Assembly (NCBI GenBank): GCA_046483495.1
Contig: JAWODC010000026.1
Location: forward strand, 1-64,000
Direction: 5' to 3'
Source: Desulfobacterales bacterium
Lineage (GTDB): Bacteria; Desulfobacterota; Desulfobacteria; Desulfobacterales; UBA5616
Length of the DNA stretch: 64,000 bases
Made by a program: the position numbers and the translations under genes. The notes below the pieces were generated by a model, which did not search any database, was not told the DNA's origin, and was given only the letters and a program-made list of their open reading frames with translations. Positions 1 through 8,124 of this stretch are shown here, in pieces (the stretch's first letter is position 1; each line of letters begins with the position of its first letter).

Positions 1-1
1 C

Positions 2-412
2 GTGAATTATCAGGTGAGCGAGATCAACGAGCTCTCGGTGTCCGGCCACCCGGCCGATATGGTGATAAGTACCGCTACCGCAGGTTCGGAGCCGGATGAG
101 GTAACGGATGCCAGCACTACCTATGCCATTACGACAAATTGCACGAATAAAAAAATTACGGCAGAAATTGATGCAGTAATGCCTGACGGCGTAACGCTTA
201 CAATTAATCTTGCTGGACCAACCGACTCGGTCAGTACAGGTGAAACGGATATTTCTAATTCAAACCTGGGCGCTGTCGATGTAGTAACGGGTATTTCAAA
301 GGTAGCAGAAGCCGGGATAAATATAACCTACAAACTTGATGCAGTCGTCGCTGCCGGTGTTGTTGCTGATGCAGACAGAATAGTCACTCTTACAATTATA
401 GATGAATCATAG
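2..412 (+). CDS. Putative fimbrial/pilin-like subunit (5'-truncated by window edge)
   Basis: Ala/Thr/Val/Ser-rich beta-strand protein (TYAITTN...KKITA...ITYKL...VTLTI) ending in an alternating-residue strand; first gene of a 4-gene run that includes a chaperone-like and a large OM protein. Confidence 0.55.
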   Translation: MNYQVSEINELSVSGHPADMVISTATAGSEPDEVTDASTTYAITTNCTNKKITAEIDAVMPDGVTLTINLAGPTDSVSTGETDISNSNLGAVDVVTGISKVAEAGINITYKLDAVVAAGVVADADRIVTLTIIDES

Positions 413-445
413 ATTTGAATTTCTTCAGAAAAGAAAAGAAAATAA

Positions 446-955
446 ATGTTTTTTGTGTCACGGCTCTGGGAAAATAGAATTCTATTTATCGTAATGGGTT
501 TGATTTTACTGTTTTTGGCGCCAAAAATGGCCGATGCCGGTATATCCATTGCGGTCTCAGGATCATGGCATAAAATCATCGACGCAACCGATTTGACGGC
601 GGGCGCGGGAAGCGGCCTTCAGAGTGCATGCACCAGCGTTTCAGGGCAGGTTACGATCGACATCATCGGCACAAGCGGCCCTGCGGACGCCTGGCGTGTG
701 GACGTCAAAAAAATCGATGCCGACTGGGACAATACGCTGCATCCACATGTTATGAGAACCTCCGGGGGACTTGGAGGAAGCGTCGACGGAGGCACGGACT
801 ACCGGGAGGTAACGGCTGTCGATAGTCCTTTTTTTGCCGGATTCGGGGATGTGACCGGCATCGAGGTGCAGCTGCGAATGACCGGGGCCTCCATTCATAT
901 CGCCCCCGGTTTCTATTCCACCGTGCTCGAGTACACGGTTGTCGATGTCGAGTAA
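446..955 (+). CDS. Secreted pilin-like minor subunit
   Basis: Signal peptide (…LLFLAPKMADA); beta-rich; C-terminal PGFYSTVLEYTV resembles the G-x-Y-x-x-x-hydrophobic terminal strand of chaperone-usher subunits. Confidence 0.55.
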   Translation: MFFVSRLWENRILFIVMGLILLFLAPKMADAGISIAVSGSWHKIIDATDLTAGAGSGLQSACTSVSGQVTIDIIGTSGPADAWRVDVKKIDADWDNTLHPHVMRTSGGLGGSVDGGTDYREVTAVDSPFFAGFGDVTGIEVQLRMTGASIHIAPGFYSTVLEYTVVDVE

Positions 956-969
956 GGGATCGGTTTTTG

Positions 970-1776
970 ATGAAACGGGAAAAAGGCATAACGCTCGCCG
1001 GATTGTTGCTGGCCTTGGGGATGGCCTGCACTTCGACGGCCGGGGTTTCGGTTACCGGCGGTCTGACGTATGAGCACCAGCTGCTACCCGGGGAGACCGG
1101 CCGGGGAACCATTCATCTCCGAAATACCGAACCCCATCATCAAGCGGTAAGCATCTATCAGACCGATTATTTCCATTACTGCGACGGAAGCACCATCTAC
1201 GGCGAAGCCGGACAGGACTCCCGCTCGAATGCCGACTGGATCACCTTCAGTCCGCGCCGCCTGACCATTCCCCCCAACGGTACGGCACGGGTCCATTATG
1301 CGGTAACCGTTCCGGATAATGAGACCCTTGCCGGCACCTATTGGAGCATGATGATGATCGAGGGGATTGCGTCAAGCCCATCCATCGTCACCGGGGATGA
1401 AAATACGGTCGGCATTCGTCACCTGATTCGTTACGGAGCCCAGATCAGAACCCGGATCGGAAATACCGGCACCCGCAAACTGAAGTTTTTACACGCGAAA
1501 CTGCTGAACGCGGGCGGCGAAAGCATCTTGCAGATTGACCTTGAAAACATCGGTGAACGGTTTTTGACGCCTTTGGTATGGGTCGAACTATTTCATCGGA
1601 AACACGGGTCTGCCGGCAAATTCGAAGGAGGCAGGCTGGGCATTTATCCCGCTGCCTCGGTCAGATTCAGGATTAACCTGCGCCGGGCGACTCAGGGGGT
1701 GTACAAGGCATTGGTGGTTGCGGACTGCGGTGGGGACGACCTGTTCGGGGCCACCTACACGCTTCAGTTCGAATGA
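970..1776 (+). CDS. Periplasmic PapD/DUF916-like chaperone (two Ig-like domains)
   Basis: Signal peptide; 'WITFSPRRLTIPPNGTARVHYAVTVP…GTYWSMMMIE' and 'LENIGERF' match pilus-chaperone-like Ig folds; stop overlaps next start (ATGA). Confidence 0.6.
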   Translation: MKREKGITLAGLLLALGMACTSTAGVSVTGGLTYEHQLLPGETGRGTIHLRNTEPHHQAVSIYQTDYFHYCDGSTIYGEAGQDSRSNADWITFSPRRLTIPPNGTARVHYAVTVPDNETLAGTYWSMMMIEGIASSPSIVTGDENTVGIRHLIRYGAQIRTRIGNTGTRKLKFLHAKLLNAGGESILQIDLENIGERFLTPLVWVELFHRKHGSAGKFEGGRLGIYPAASVRFRINLRRATQGVYKALVVADCGGDDLFGATYTLQFE

Positions 1777-4571
1777 CGGCGGCGTTTCGAAGAAGGCTGC
1801 TTGTCTCCCTGGTTATTGCGCTTCTCTTCACTTCCGCCGAAATGGGCGGCGCCCGGGAGCACGGGGTGGACCTGAGGATCAACGGCCGCGGATTATATGA
1901 AAGCGAACCGAAAAATGTCGTCACCACCTCCATCGAGGCGACAAACACCGCGGATGAAGCGCTGGATTTTCTGTTGGATTGCGAGCTTCCCAAAAACTGG
2001 AAGCTCGTTACCCCCTCTTTCCCTTTCCATCTTGCACCGAATGAAACCAATATAAGGCCTGTCTGCTTTTTTATTCCTGAAACGGCCGTTGCGGGAACAT
2101 ATGAAATCATTTGCCGTGTCCATTCGATCGTATATCCCGCCATCAGCGATTCGGTACGGCTGAACGTGGTGGTCCGGTCGGTATCGAAGCTGCGGGCTGC
2201 ATTGCACACAGTTCCGGAAACCGTAATTGCCGGCCGCGGATACGAGGCCGTTTTTTCAGTCACGAACGCCGGGAATACCGAAATGAGCGTCCTTTTTGAC
2301 GTGCGAAGCGGCCAAAACATCCCGCACACCATCGAGCCTGAAGCCGCAACACTTGCCCCGGGCCGATCGAGGGCCGTAACGGTATCCGTCGAAACCGATG
2401 AAAAGCTTCGAAGAAGGTTGAGGCATCACCTTGTGCTGAGGGCAAGGTCTGAAGACGGACAAACGACCGGTCATGCCGGGTGCGCCGTGGACGTTATCCC
2501 CCGGATTACGGGAAAAGCGGATCCTTTCCACAGAATACCGTCGGAATTGACGTTCAAATGGTTGGGAAAATCGAATGAAGCGGAACGTGCCGGGGTACAG
2601 GGCGAATTTTTCGGCAGAGGCATGCTGAGTGAAGATGGTGAAGAGGAAATTGCATTCCTGTTCCGGGGACCCGACACCCTTGACATCAGTTCAGTATTCG
2701 GACGGCGCGACCGGTATTGGGCCGAATACCGGGGCAGGTATGCCGAGGTTTCCTTGGGCGATCACCATGTTTCGCTTTCACCCCTTATCGAGGAGCATTT
2801 CGCCGGCAGGGGGTTCGAATTCGGGCTGAACAGCAGCGATTTCGGTTTGAGGGGCTATCATATGAATACCCGGTGGCTTGCCGCCGAGGAGAAAGAGACC
2901 GCTGTTCATCTCGATTACCGCCTTTCCGGGCGGCACAGGCTGGGAATCAATCTCTGTCGGCACGAGAGCGGTTGCAAAGCGGCTCACATGGCAAGCCTGC
3001 AGGGAAAAACAGCACCTTTTGAAACTGCGAACATTGAATTTGAAGCCGCATATGGAAAGGAGGGCGACCGGCATGGCAATGCTTACCGATTCCATGCTTA
3101 CGGCTTTCCTTGCCGACAGGGGGCCTGCCGTGTCGAATACATGTATGCAGCCCCTGATTTTCCGGGCTATTACCGGAACATGGAATTGTTCAGCGCCGAT
3201 CTTTTCTTCCCTGTCAAAGATCATCTCACCATGAGTGCCGCTGTTCGGCAGGAAAAAAACAACCTCGAACCGGACTCGATTGAATCCGCCGCCCTGAACA
3301 GGTACGGTCGACTCGGTCTGGATTACCGTTTTGCCGGCGGAACACGCATTTTACTGGAATCCCGGTATCGCACCCGCAAAGACCGTTCCGATACCCCTTC
3401 TTTTGACGAACTGGATTTGACGCACATGCTGCGGCTTGCAAAAGGCTTTGAAGACGTCTTCGTCAATCTATCCGCTGAATTGGGCAGTGCAAAAGACCGG
3501 CTGAAAAACCGCACCTGCACGACCCGTGAATACGAGGGTTCCTGTTTTTTGATGCCGGGTCATCGGTACAGCTTCGGGGCTTACATCCGATACAGCACGT
3601 GCAGGGGCCTTGAAGCGGCTTGCACCTTGCGCACCTGCCTGAGCGGTACTTTCAGGATCGGAAGAAAAGCCGGCGTCAATCTGAGGCTCGAAAGTTTCCG
3701 AAGATTCGAATCCGATGCCGGAGACGGCAGGTCATTGGACCTGGTATTCAATTACCCGATTTCCAAAAAAGTGCATATCGCTTCTTTCGGCAGGCATACA
3801 GTATATGGGCGGCATACCGAAAAGGAGGACGAAACCGCGGTTCTTGTCCAATTTACGATGGCCCTGGGCCTGCCTGCGGGGCGGAAAAAAAGTGTCGGCA
3901 GGATCGAGGGATATGTTCGGGATCGGGAGACCTGCCGTCCGGTTTCGAATGCCGTTCTTCGCCTGAACGGTGCGACCGCCGTTACGGACGGCGACGGCAG
4001 ATTTTTGTTTCCGGCATTGAAGCCCGGCACCTATTACCTGGATGTCGACGATGCGAGCATCGGCCTCGATCGGATTCCGGTTCAGAAAACGCCTCGAAAA
4101 ATCACGATCGAAGGGGGCGAAACAACGTCGATTCAGGTGGGAATAACGAGAAGCGCCCGTCTTGCGGGACGCATTAACGTCTTCGCGGTGACCGGTGCAC
4201 ACGAACTGAAAACGGATGGCGGCACGCATCCCCGGGAAAAGGAGCCGGCCGGAGAAGCCGACAAGGCAGGCATCGTCTCGATCGGCGGTCTGGCCGACGC
4301 TGCTGTGCATCTTACGAACAAGGGTGAGGCACTGCACGTTCTGACAGACACAAATGGGCGCTTCCGGTTCGAAGACATACGGCCCGGCCGATGGACACTC
4401 GCCGTCGATGCCGACACCTTGCCCCCGTACCATTACTTTGAAAACGACCGATACGCAATCGACCTCGAACCCGGCGACAACGAGGAAGTGATGATCAGGG
4501 CACTGCCGAAAAGGCGGACGCTTACCATCATCGAGCATGGCGGAATCCTGGTGGAGGAAAAAGAGAACTAG
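1773..4571 (+). CDS. Large outer-membrane usher-like protein (N-terminal Ig repeats, central putative beta-barrel, C-terminal carboxypeptidase-regulatory-like domains)
   Basis: 932 aa with signal peptide; two Ig-like repeats (TNTADE…/TNAGNTE…); amphipathic strands; two 'TDxxGRFxFxxL/IxPGxY/WxL' repeats. Confidence 0.55.
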   Translation: MTAAFRRRLLVSLVIALLFTSAEMGGAREHGVDLRINGRGLYESEPKNVVTTSIEATNTADEALDFLLDCELPKNWKLVTPSFPFHLAPNETNIRPVCFFIPETAVAGTYEIICRVHSIVYPAISDSVRLNVVVRSVSKLRAALHTVPETVIAGRGYEAVFSVTNAGNTEMSVLFDVRSGQNIPHTIEPEAATLAPGRSRAVTVSVETDEKLRRRLRHHLVLRARSEDGQTTGHAGCAVDVIPRITGKADPFHRIPSELTFKWLGKSNEAERAGVQGEFFGRGMLSEDGEEEIAFLFRGPDTLDISSVFGRRDRYWAEYRGRYAEVSLGDHHVSLSPLIEEHFAGRGFEFGLNSSDFGLRGYHMNTRWLAAEEKETAVHLDYRLSGRHRLGINLCRHESGCKAAHMASLQGKTAPFETANIEFEAAYGKEGDRHGNAYRFHAYGFPCRQGACRVEYMYAAPDFPGYYRNMELFSADLFFPVKDHLTMSAAVRQEKNNLEPDSIESAALNRYGRLGLDYRFAGGTRILLESRYRTRKDRSDTPSFDELDLTHMLRLAKGFEDVFVNLSAELGSAKDRLKNRTCTTREYEGSCFLMPGHRYSFGAYIRYSTCRGLEAACTLRTCLSGTFRIGRKAGVNLRLESFRRFESDAGDGRSLDLVFNYPISKKVHIASFGRHTVYGRHTEKEDETAVLVQFTMALGLPAGRKKSVGRIEGYVRDRETCRPVSNAVLRLNGATAVTDGDGRFLFPALKPGTYYLDVDDASIGLDRIPVQKTPRKITIEGGETTSIQVGITRSARLAGRINVFAVTGAHELKTDGGTHPREKEPAGEADKAGIVSIGGLADAAVHLTNKGEALHVLTDTNGRFRFEDIRPGRWTLAVDADTLPPYHYFENDRYAIDLEPGDNEEVMIRALPKRRTLTIIEHGGILVEEKEN

Positions 4572-4700
4572 TATCCGATTTTTATAAGATCGGCATAAAT
4601 AAAAAAATAGGCCCGAAAGAAAACAAAATACCTGATTTACGGTATAGCTATCCGGATTTATTGCAGGATATCATTTTTAATAAAATCAGGAGGCCCTTTT

Positions 4701-5783
4701 TTGCACACCAGCACCATCCAGCACGTCTCATTCTTCGTTCTTGTCGCCCTGGTCACGTTATTATTCTTTGGAATGATTTATGAATTTATTCAGCCGCTGT
4801 TCTGGGCCGCGGTATTGGCCATTTTGTTCAACCGGTTGCAGAAGCTGTTGAGCCGACTTTTTCGGGGGCATGCGTCCATAGCCGCCGCTTTCTCCGTTTT
4901 GGTTATCGTCGTCATCGTAATACTGCCCCTTCTTTTTGTCATTGCGGCGGTCACCCGTGAAGCCATCGCGCTGTTCGAGCGAATAGCCGAAGGTGAATCC
5001 GAATTTCAGGAGGTCGTGCATTATATCGGACAGGCGTTGCCGGCAGTCGAGGGATATCTGGAACGATTCGGGTTCGATTTCGCAGAAATCGAACAGCGCC
5101 TCGCGTCGATGGCGGTAGCCGCGAGCCGGTTTTTGGGAACCCAAATCGTGAGCGTCGGCCAGGGTACGGCTGAACTGCTGCTGAAGTTTTTTCTCATGCT
5201 GTATATCCTGTTTTTTTTCCTGCGGGACGGGGACCGGCTTCTTGCCGCTTTAGGCCGGGCCCTTCCGTTTGACGATTTGCGCGAACGACGGCTTTTCGCG
5301 AAATTTGCCGAGGTCAGTCGGGCGACCATGAAGGGAACCCTGATCGTGGGTGCAATCCAGGGCACGATCGGGGGTGGGTTCTTTTGGATCCTGGGAATCA
5401 GTGCCCCGGTATTCTGGGGAGTTGTCATGACCATCCTGGCGCTCCTCCCCGCCTTGGGTACGCCGCTGGTGTGGGGGCCGGCCGCCGTCATTCTCATGTT
5501 TACGGGTGAACCGGTCAAAGGTCTCATTCTGCTGATCGCCGGTATTCTCATCATCAGCCTGGTGGATAACCTCTTGCGCCCGATTCTTGTCGGCCGTGAT
5601 ACCCAAATGCCCGATTTTCTTGTTCTCTTATCCACTCTGGGCGGACTGCTGGTATTCGGCATTTCGGGATTTGTACTCGGCCCGATAGTCGCAGCCCTCT
5701 TTTTGACGATCTGGGACATGTTCGCACGGGAATATTCCCAGCAAATCGAAAGAGCGCGAAAACCGCCGCTGAATTCCTTGTAA
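4701..5783 (+). CDS. AI-2E family transporter
   Basis: ~8 TM helices; 'FFFLRDG', 'DNLLRPILVG', 'GGLLVFGISGFVLGP'; AGGAGG upstream of TTG start. Confidence 0.9.
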   Translation: MHTSTIQHVSFFVLVALVTLLFFGMIYEFIQPLFWAAVLAILFNRLQKLLSRLFRGHASIAAAFSVLVIVVIVILPLLFVIAAVTREAIALFERIAEGESEFQEVVHYIGQALPAVEGYLERFGFDFAEIEQRLASMAVAASRFLGTQIVSVGQGTAELLLKFFLMLYILFFFLRDGDRLLAALGRALPFDDLRERRLFAKFAEVSRATMKGTLIVGAIQGTIGGGFFWILGISAPVFWGVVMTILALLPALGTPLVWGPAAVILMFTGEPVKGLILLIAGILIISLVDNLLRPILVGRDTQMPDFLVLLSTLGGLLVFGISGFVLGPIVAALFLTIWDMFAREYSQQIERARKPPLNSL

Positions 5784-6079
5784 AAAGATTTCAAACCCGC
5801 CCTTACGGAAACATTTTTTCCCCGTGGTTGGATGGTACGTGCGAAAAATCTTTCGCCCCTACGCGTGTGCATCGGCGGTAAACAATATTCCAGTTATAGC
5901 CTAACGATTTTTTCAATCGGAATTATGTAAGTCGAACAAACCGGTATCACCGGAAATACCATCCACTTACTTCGCAAATAAAGAAATCCATTCATGGTGA
6001 ATAAAGGTGATGTGAAGTAGCGTAGGACAAAGAAATTTTCATCGGCACGATTCATATCCCATACGGAGACCTAACGCAT

Positions 6080-6334
6080 ATGGAACAGCGAACAGGAACA
6101 TCCGCGACGTTTTCTATTGTTGCGGCTGTCGGCAGCTATCTGCTTACGTTTACCGGCCATCCGGTGTGGGGGCTGATTGTCGGTTTTATTTCGCTCCCGC
6201 TCGGGCTTGCCGGAATCATTTTTGCCGCCTCTCCGCGGGTGAGCGGCGGTATTCTCAGCCTGGCCGCGATTCTGCTGGGCGTCGGCGCCGTTGCCGTCAG
6301 TATCCTGGGGATAATCGGCGTGATCCTGTTCTAA
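6080..6334 (+). CDS. Small integral membrane protein (3 TM), unknown function
   Basis: GGAGA RBS; 84 aa, almost entirely hydrophobic. Confidence 0.7.
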   Translation: MEQRTGTSATFSIVAAVGSYLLTFTGHPVWGLIVGFISLPLGLAGIIFAASPRVSGGILSLAAILLGVGAVAVSILGIIGVILF

Positions 6335-6475
6335 TAAAGAGGCTGCAAATGAATAACGTCATTTGAACCGGGTTATACGTTGTTGACCCTATTTTTTATT
6401 TTCATCTCTTTCGGTTTAATAATGACAGTCAAAATGAATACATTTGTCAAAAAATTCCATTGGGAGGTAAAAATC

Positions 6476-7363
6476 ATGAGAAAAACGACGTTTTTGGTAT
6501 TATCTATTGTATTTGGTGCACTGATGTGCATCGTACCCGCCGTAACCTCGGCAGCCGGAACGGATGCCGATGACATGGGTGCCGTCGATGACCGGACGGA
6601 AATGGGAGAGGAAGTACACCCCGGTGAACAGGCCGCAGTCGAGGATGACGTCATGAACCAGGAGAGCGCAGCCGTTATGGTCGAAAACGCCGCAGCCGTT
6701 TTCGGTGACGTAATGGCAGCCCGGGAGGAACGAATACCGGCTTCGGAACTCCAAGACGCCGCAGGTGTTCTGATCATTCCGGATGTGATCAAGGCCGGTT
6801 TGATTGCCGGCGGCAGGCACGGGACCGGGGTGTTGGTCACACGCGAACAGGATCAGTGGAACCTGCCCGTGTTCGCCTCGATTACCGGCGGAAGCCTTGG
6901 CGCACAGATCGGCGTGGAGGCGGCGGATCTGGTCATGATCTTCAAGGAGGAAGAAAATGTTCAACAGATCCTCGAAGGTGACGATTTTACACTCGGCGTG
7001 GATGCTTCGGTTGCGGCCGGTTCCGCGGGCGCGGCTGCCAAGGCCTCGATGAAAGATGCCGAAGTGATTACCTATCAGCGGGCCGAGGGGCTGTTCGCAG
7101 GGGTATCGGTCACCGGCAGCGTTATTAATTTGGATACGGATGCCCTGATGGCCTACTACAACCTGCAGCTGGAAGAAACCGGCGAACTGCGGGGCTATTA
7201 CGGCAAGGAAGAACAACTGGTGCAGGAAATCGCGCATATGGACGGCGAAGAGGCGGCAGAGCAGAATATTATCAAAAATGTGCCCCAGAGTGCACAACAG
7301 CTCCATGACGCATTGAACCGGTACTTCGCCGAGACGCCCCAGGAAACTCAGGAGCAGCCCTAA
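6476..7363 (+). CDS. Lipid-binding SYLF (Ysc84-like) domain protein, secreted
   Basis: GGAGG RBS before ATG 6476; signal peptide; 'IIPDVIKAGLIAGGRHGTG', 'GGSLGAQIG', 'GLFAGVSVTG'. Confidence 0.85.
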   Translation: MRKTTFLVLSIVFGALMCIVPAVTSAAGTDADDMGAVDDRTEMGEEVHPGEQAAVEDDVMNQESAAVMVENAAAVFGDVMAAREERIPASELQDAAGVLIIPDVIKAGLIAGGRHGTGVLVTREQDQWNLPVFASITGGSLGAQIGVEAADLVMIFKEEENVQQILEGDDFTLGVDASVAAGSAGAAAKASMKDAEVITYQRAEGLFAGVSVTGSVINLDTDALMAYYNLQLEETGELRGYYGKEEQLVQEIAHMDGEEAAEQNIIKNVPQSAQQLHDALNRYFAETPQETQEQP

Positions 7364-7598
7364 CAGCTTGCGCAGTATATCTGTATTCTGAAAATTTTAT
7401 TCGGATCGACTTTTTCCGTTCATGGGTATGCGGCTATGTGGTTCGGAGTCCGACGAAACGTGGCTCCGGGCCGGGAAGTCGCCGGTTTGGGGCCTGACAG
7501 CCGGTGTGTTGCATCAATCCAAACAAAGGAAATGCCTGACAGCGGCTGTTGGGTTGAGGCTTGTCCTGGATCATGATCAATAAACCACATCGAAGAAG

Positions 7599-8081
7599 GT
7601 GAAAAGCATGGAGAAAAAAAACAAAGGAAAAAAACGGGATATGATCCGGTTTGCACTCATTGCCGTGCTGGCTGTTTCAATGGCGGCGTGCAACGGTGAC
7701 ACGGACAGGGAAGAAGTCCGCGAGGAAACGGAAGAGGCGGTGGCAACGATGAAGGAGTACGCCGAGCAGCAGCGTAAAGAATACCGGGAGGCTGTTCAAA
7801 ACCGGTTGAGCACCATTCAAACGCAGATTCAGGAGCTTCGGGAGCGTACGGAAAATGTGGGGGAAGATGTCAAGGGCGAACTCCAGACGTCTATAGAAGC
7901 GCTGGACCAGAACTACCAGAATCTTCAGCAGCGGCTTGAAAGCCTGGAGCAAACACAAGAAGCCGAATGGGAGACCGTTCAAAACGAATTGGATCAGGCG
8001 GTAGCCGAATTGGAGCAGGCCTATCGGGAGGCTGCTGAACGGCTGCAGGTTCAGGAGAATTCTGAAGCCGATGCCGGATAG
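7599..8081 (+). CDS. Acidic coiled-coil lipoprotein, unknown function
   Basis: Lipobox-like 'VSMAAC'; E/Q-rich helical repeats; exact start uncertain. Confidence 0.7.
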   Translation: MKSMEKKNKGKKRDMIRFALIAVLAVSMAACNGDTDREEVREETEEAVATMKEYAEQQRKEYREAVQNRLSTIQTQIQELRERTENVGEDVKGELQTSIEALDQNYQNLQQRLESLEQTQEAEWETVQNELDQAVAELEQAYREAAERLQVQENSEADAG

Positions 8082-8124
8082 CCCCTGAAGTCTTCAGGAT
8101 GCACGGAAATCAGGCGATTTCTCG

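Noticed and set aside
7422..7583. 53-aa ORF and twice-repeated GCCTGACAGC in an intergenic gap
   Set aside because: No RBS, non-protein-like composition, repeat too short
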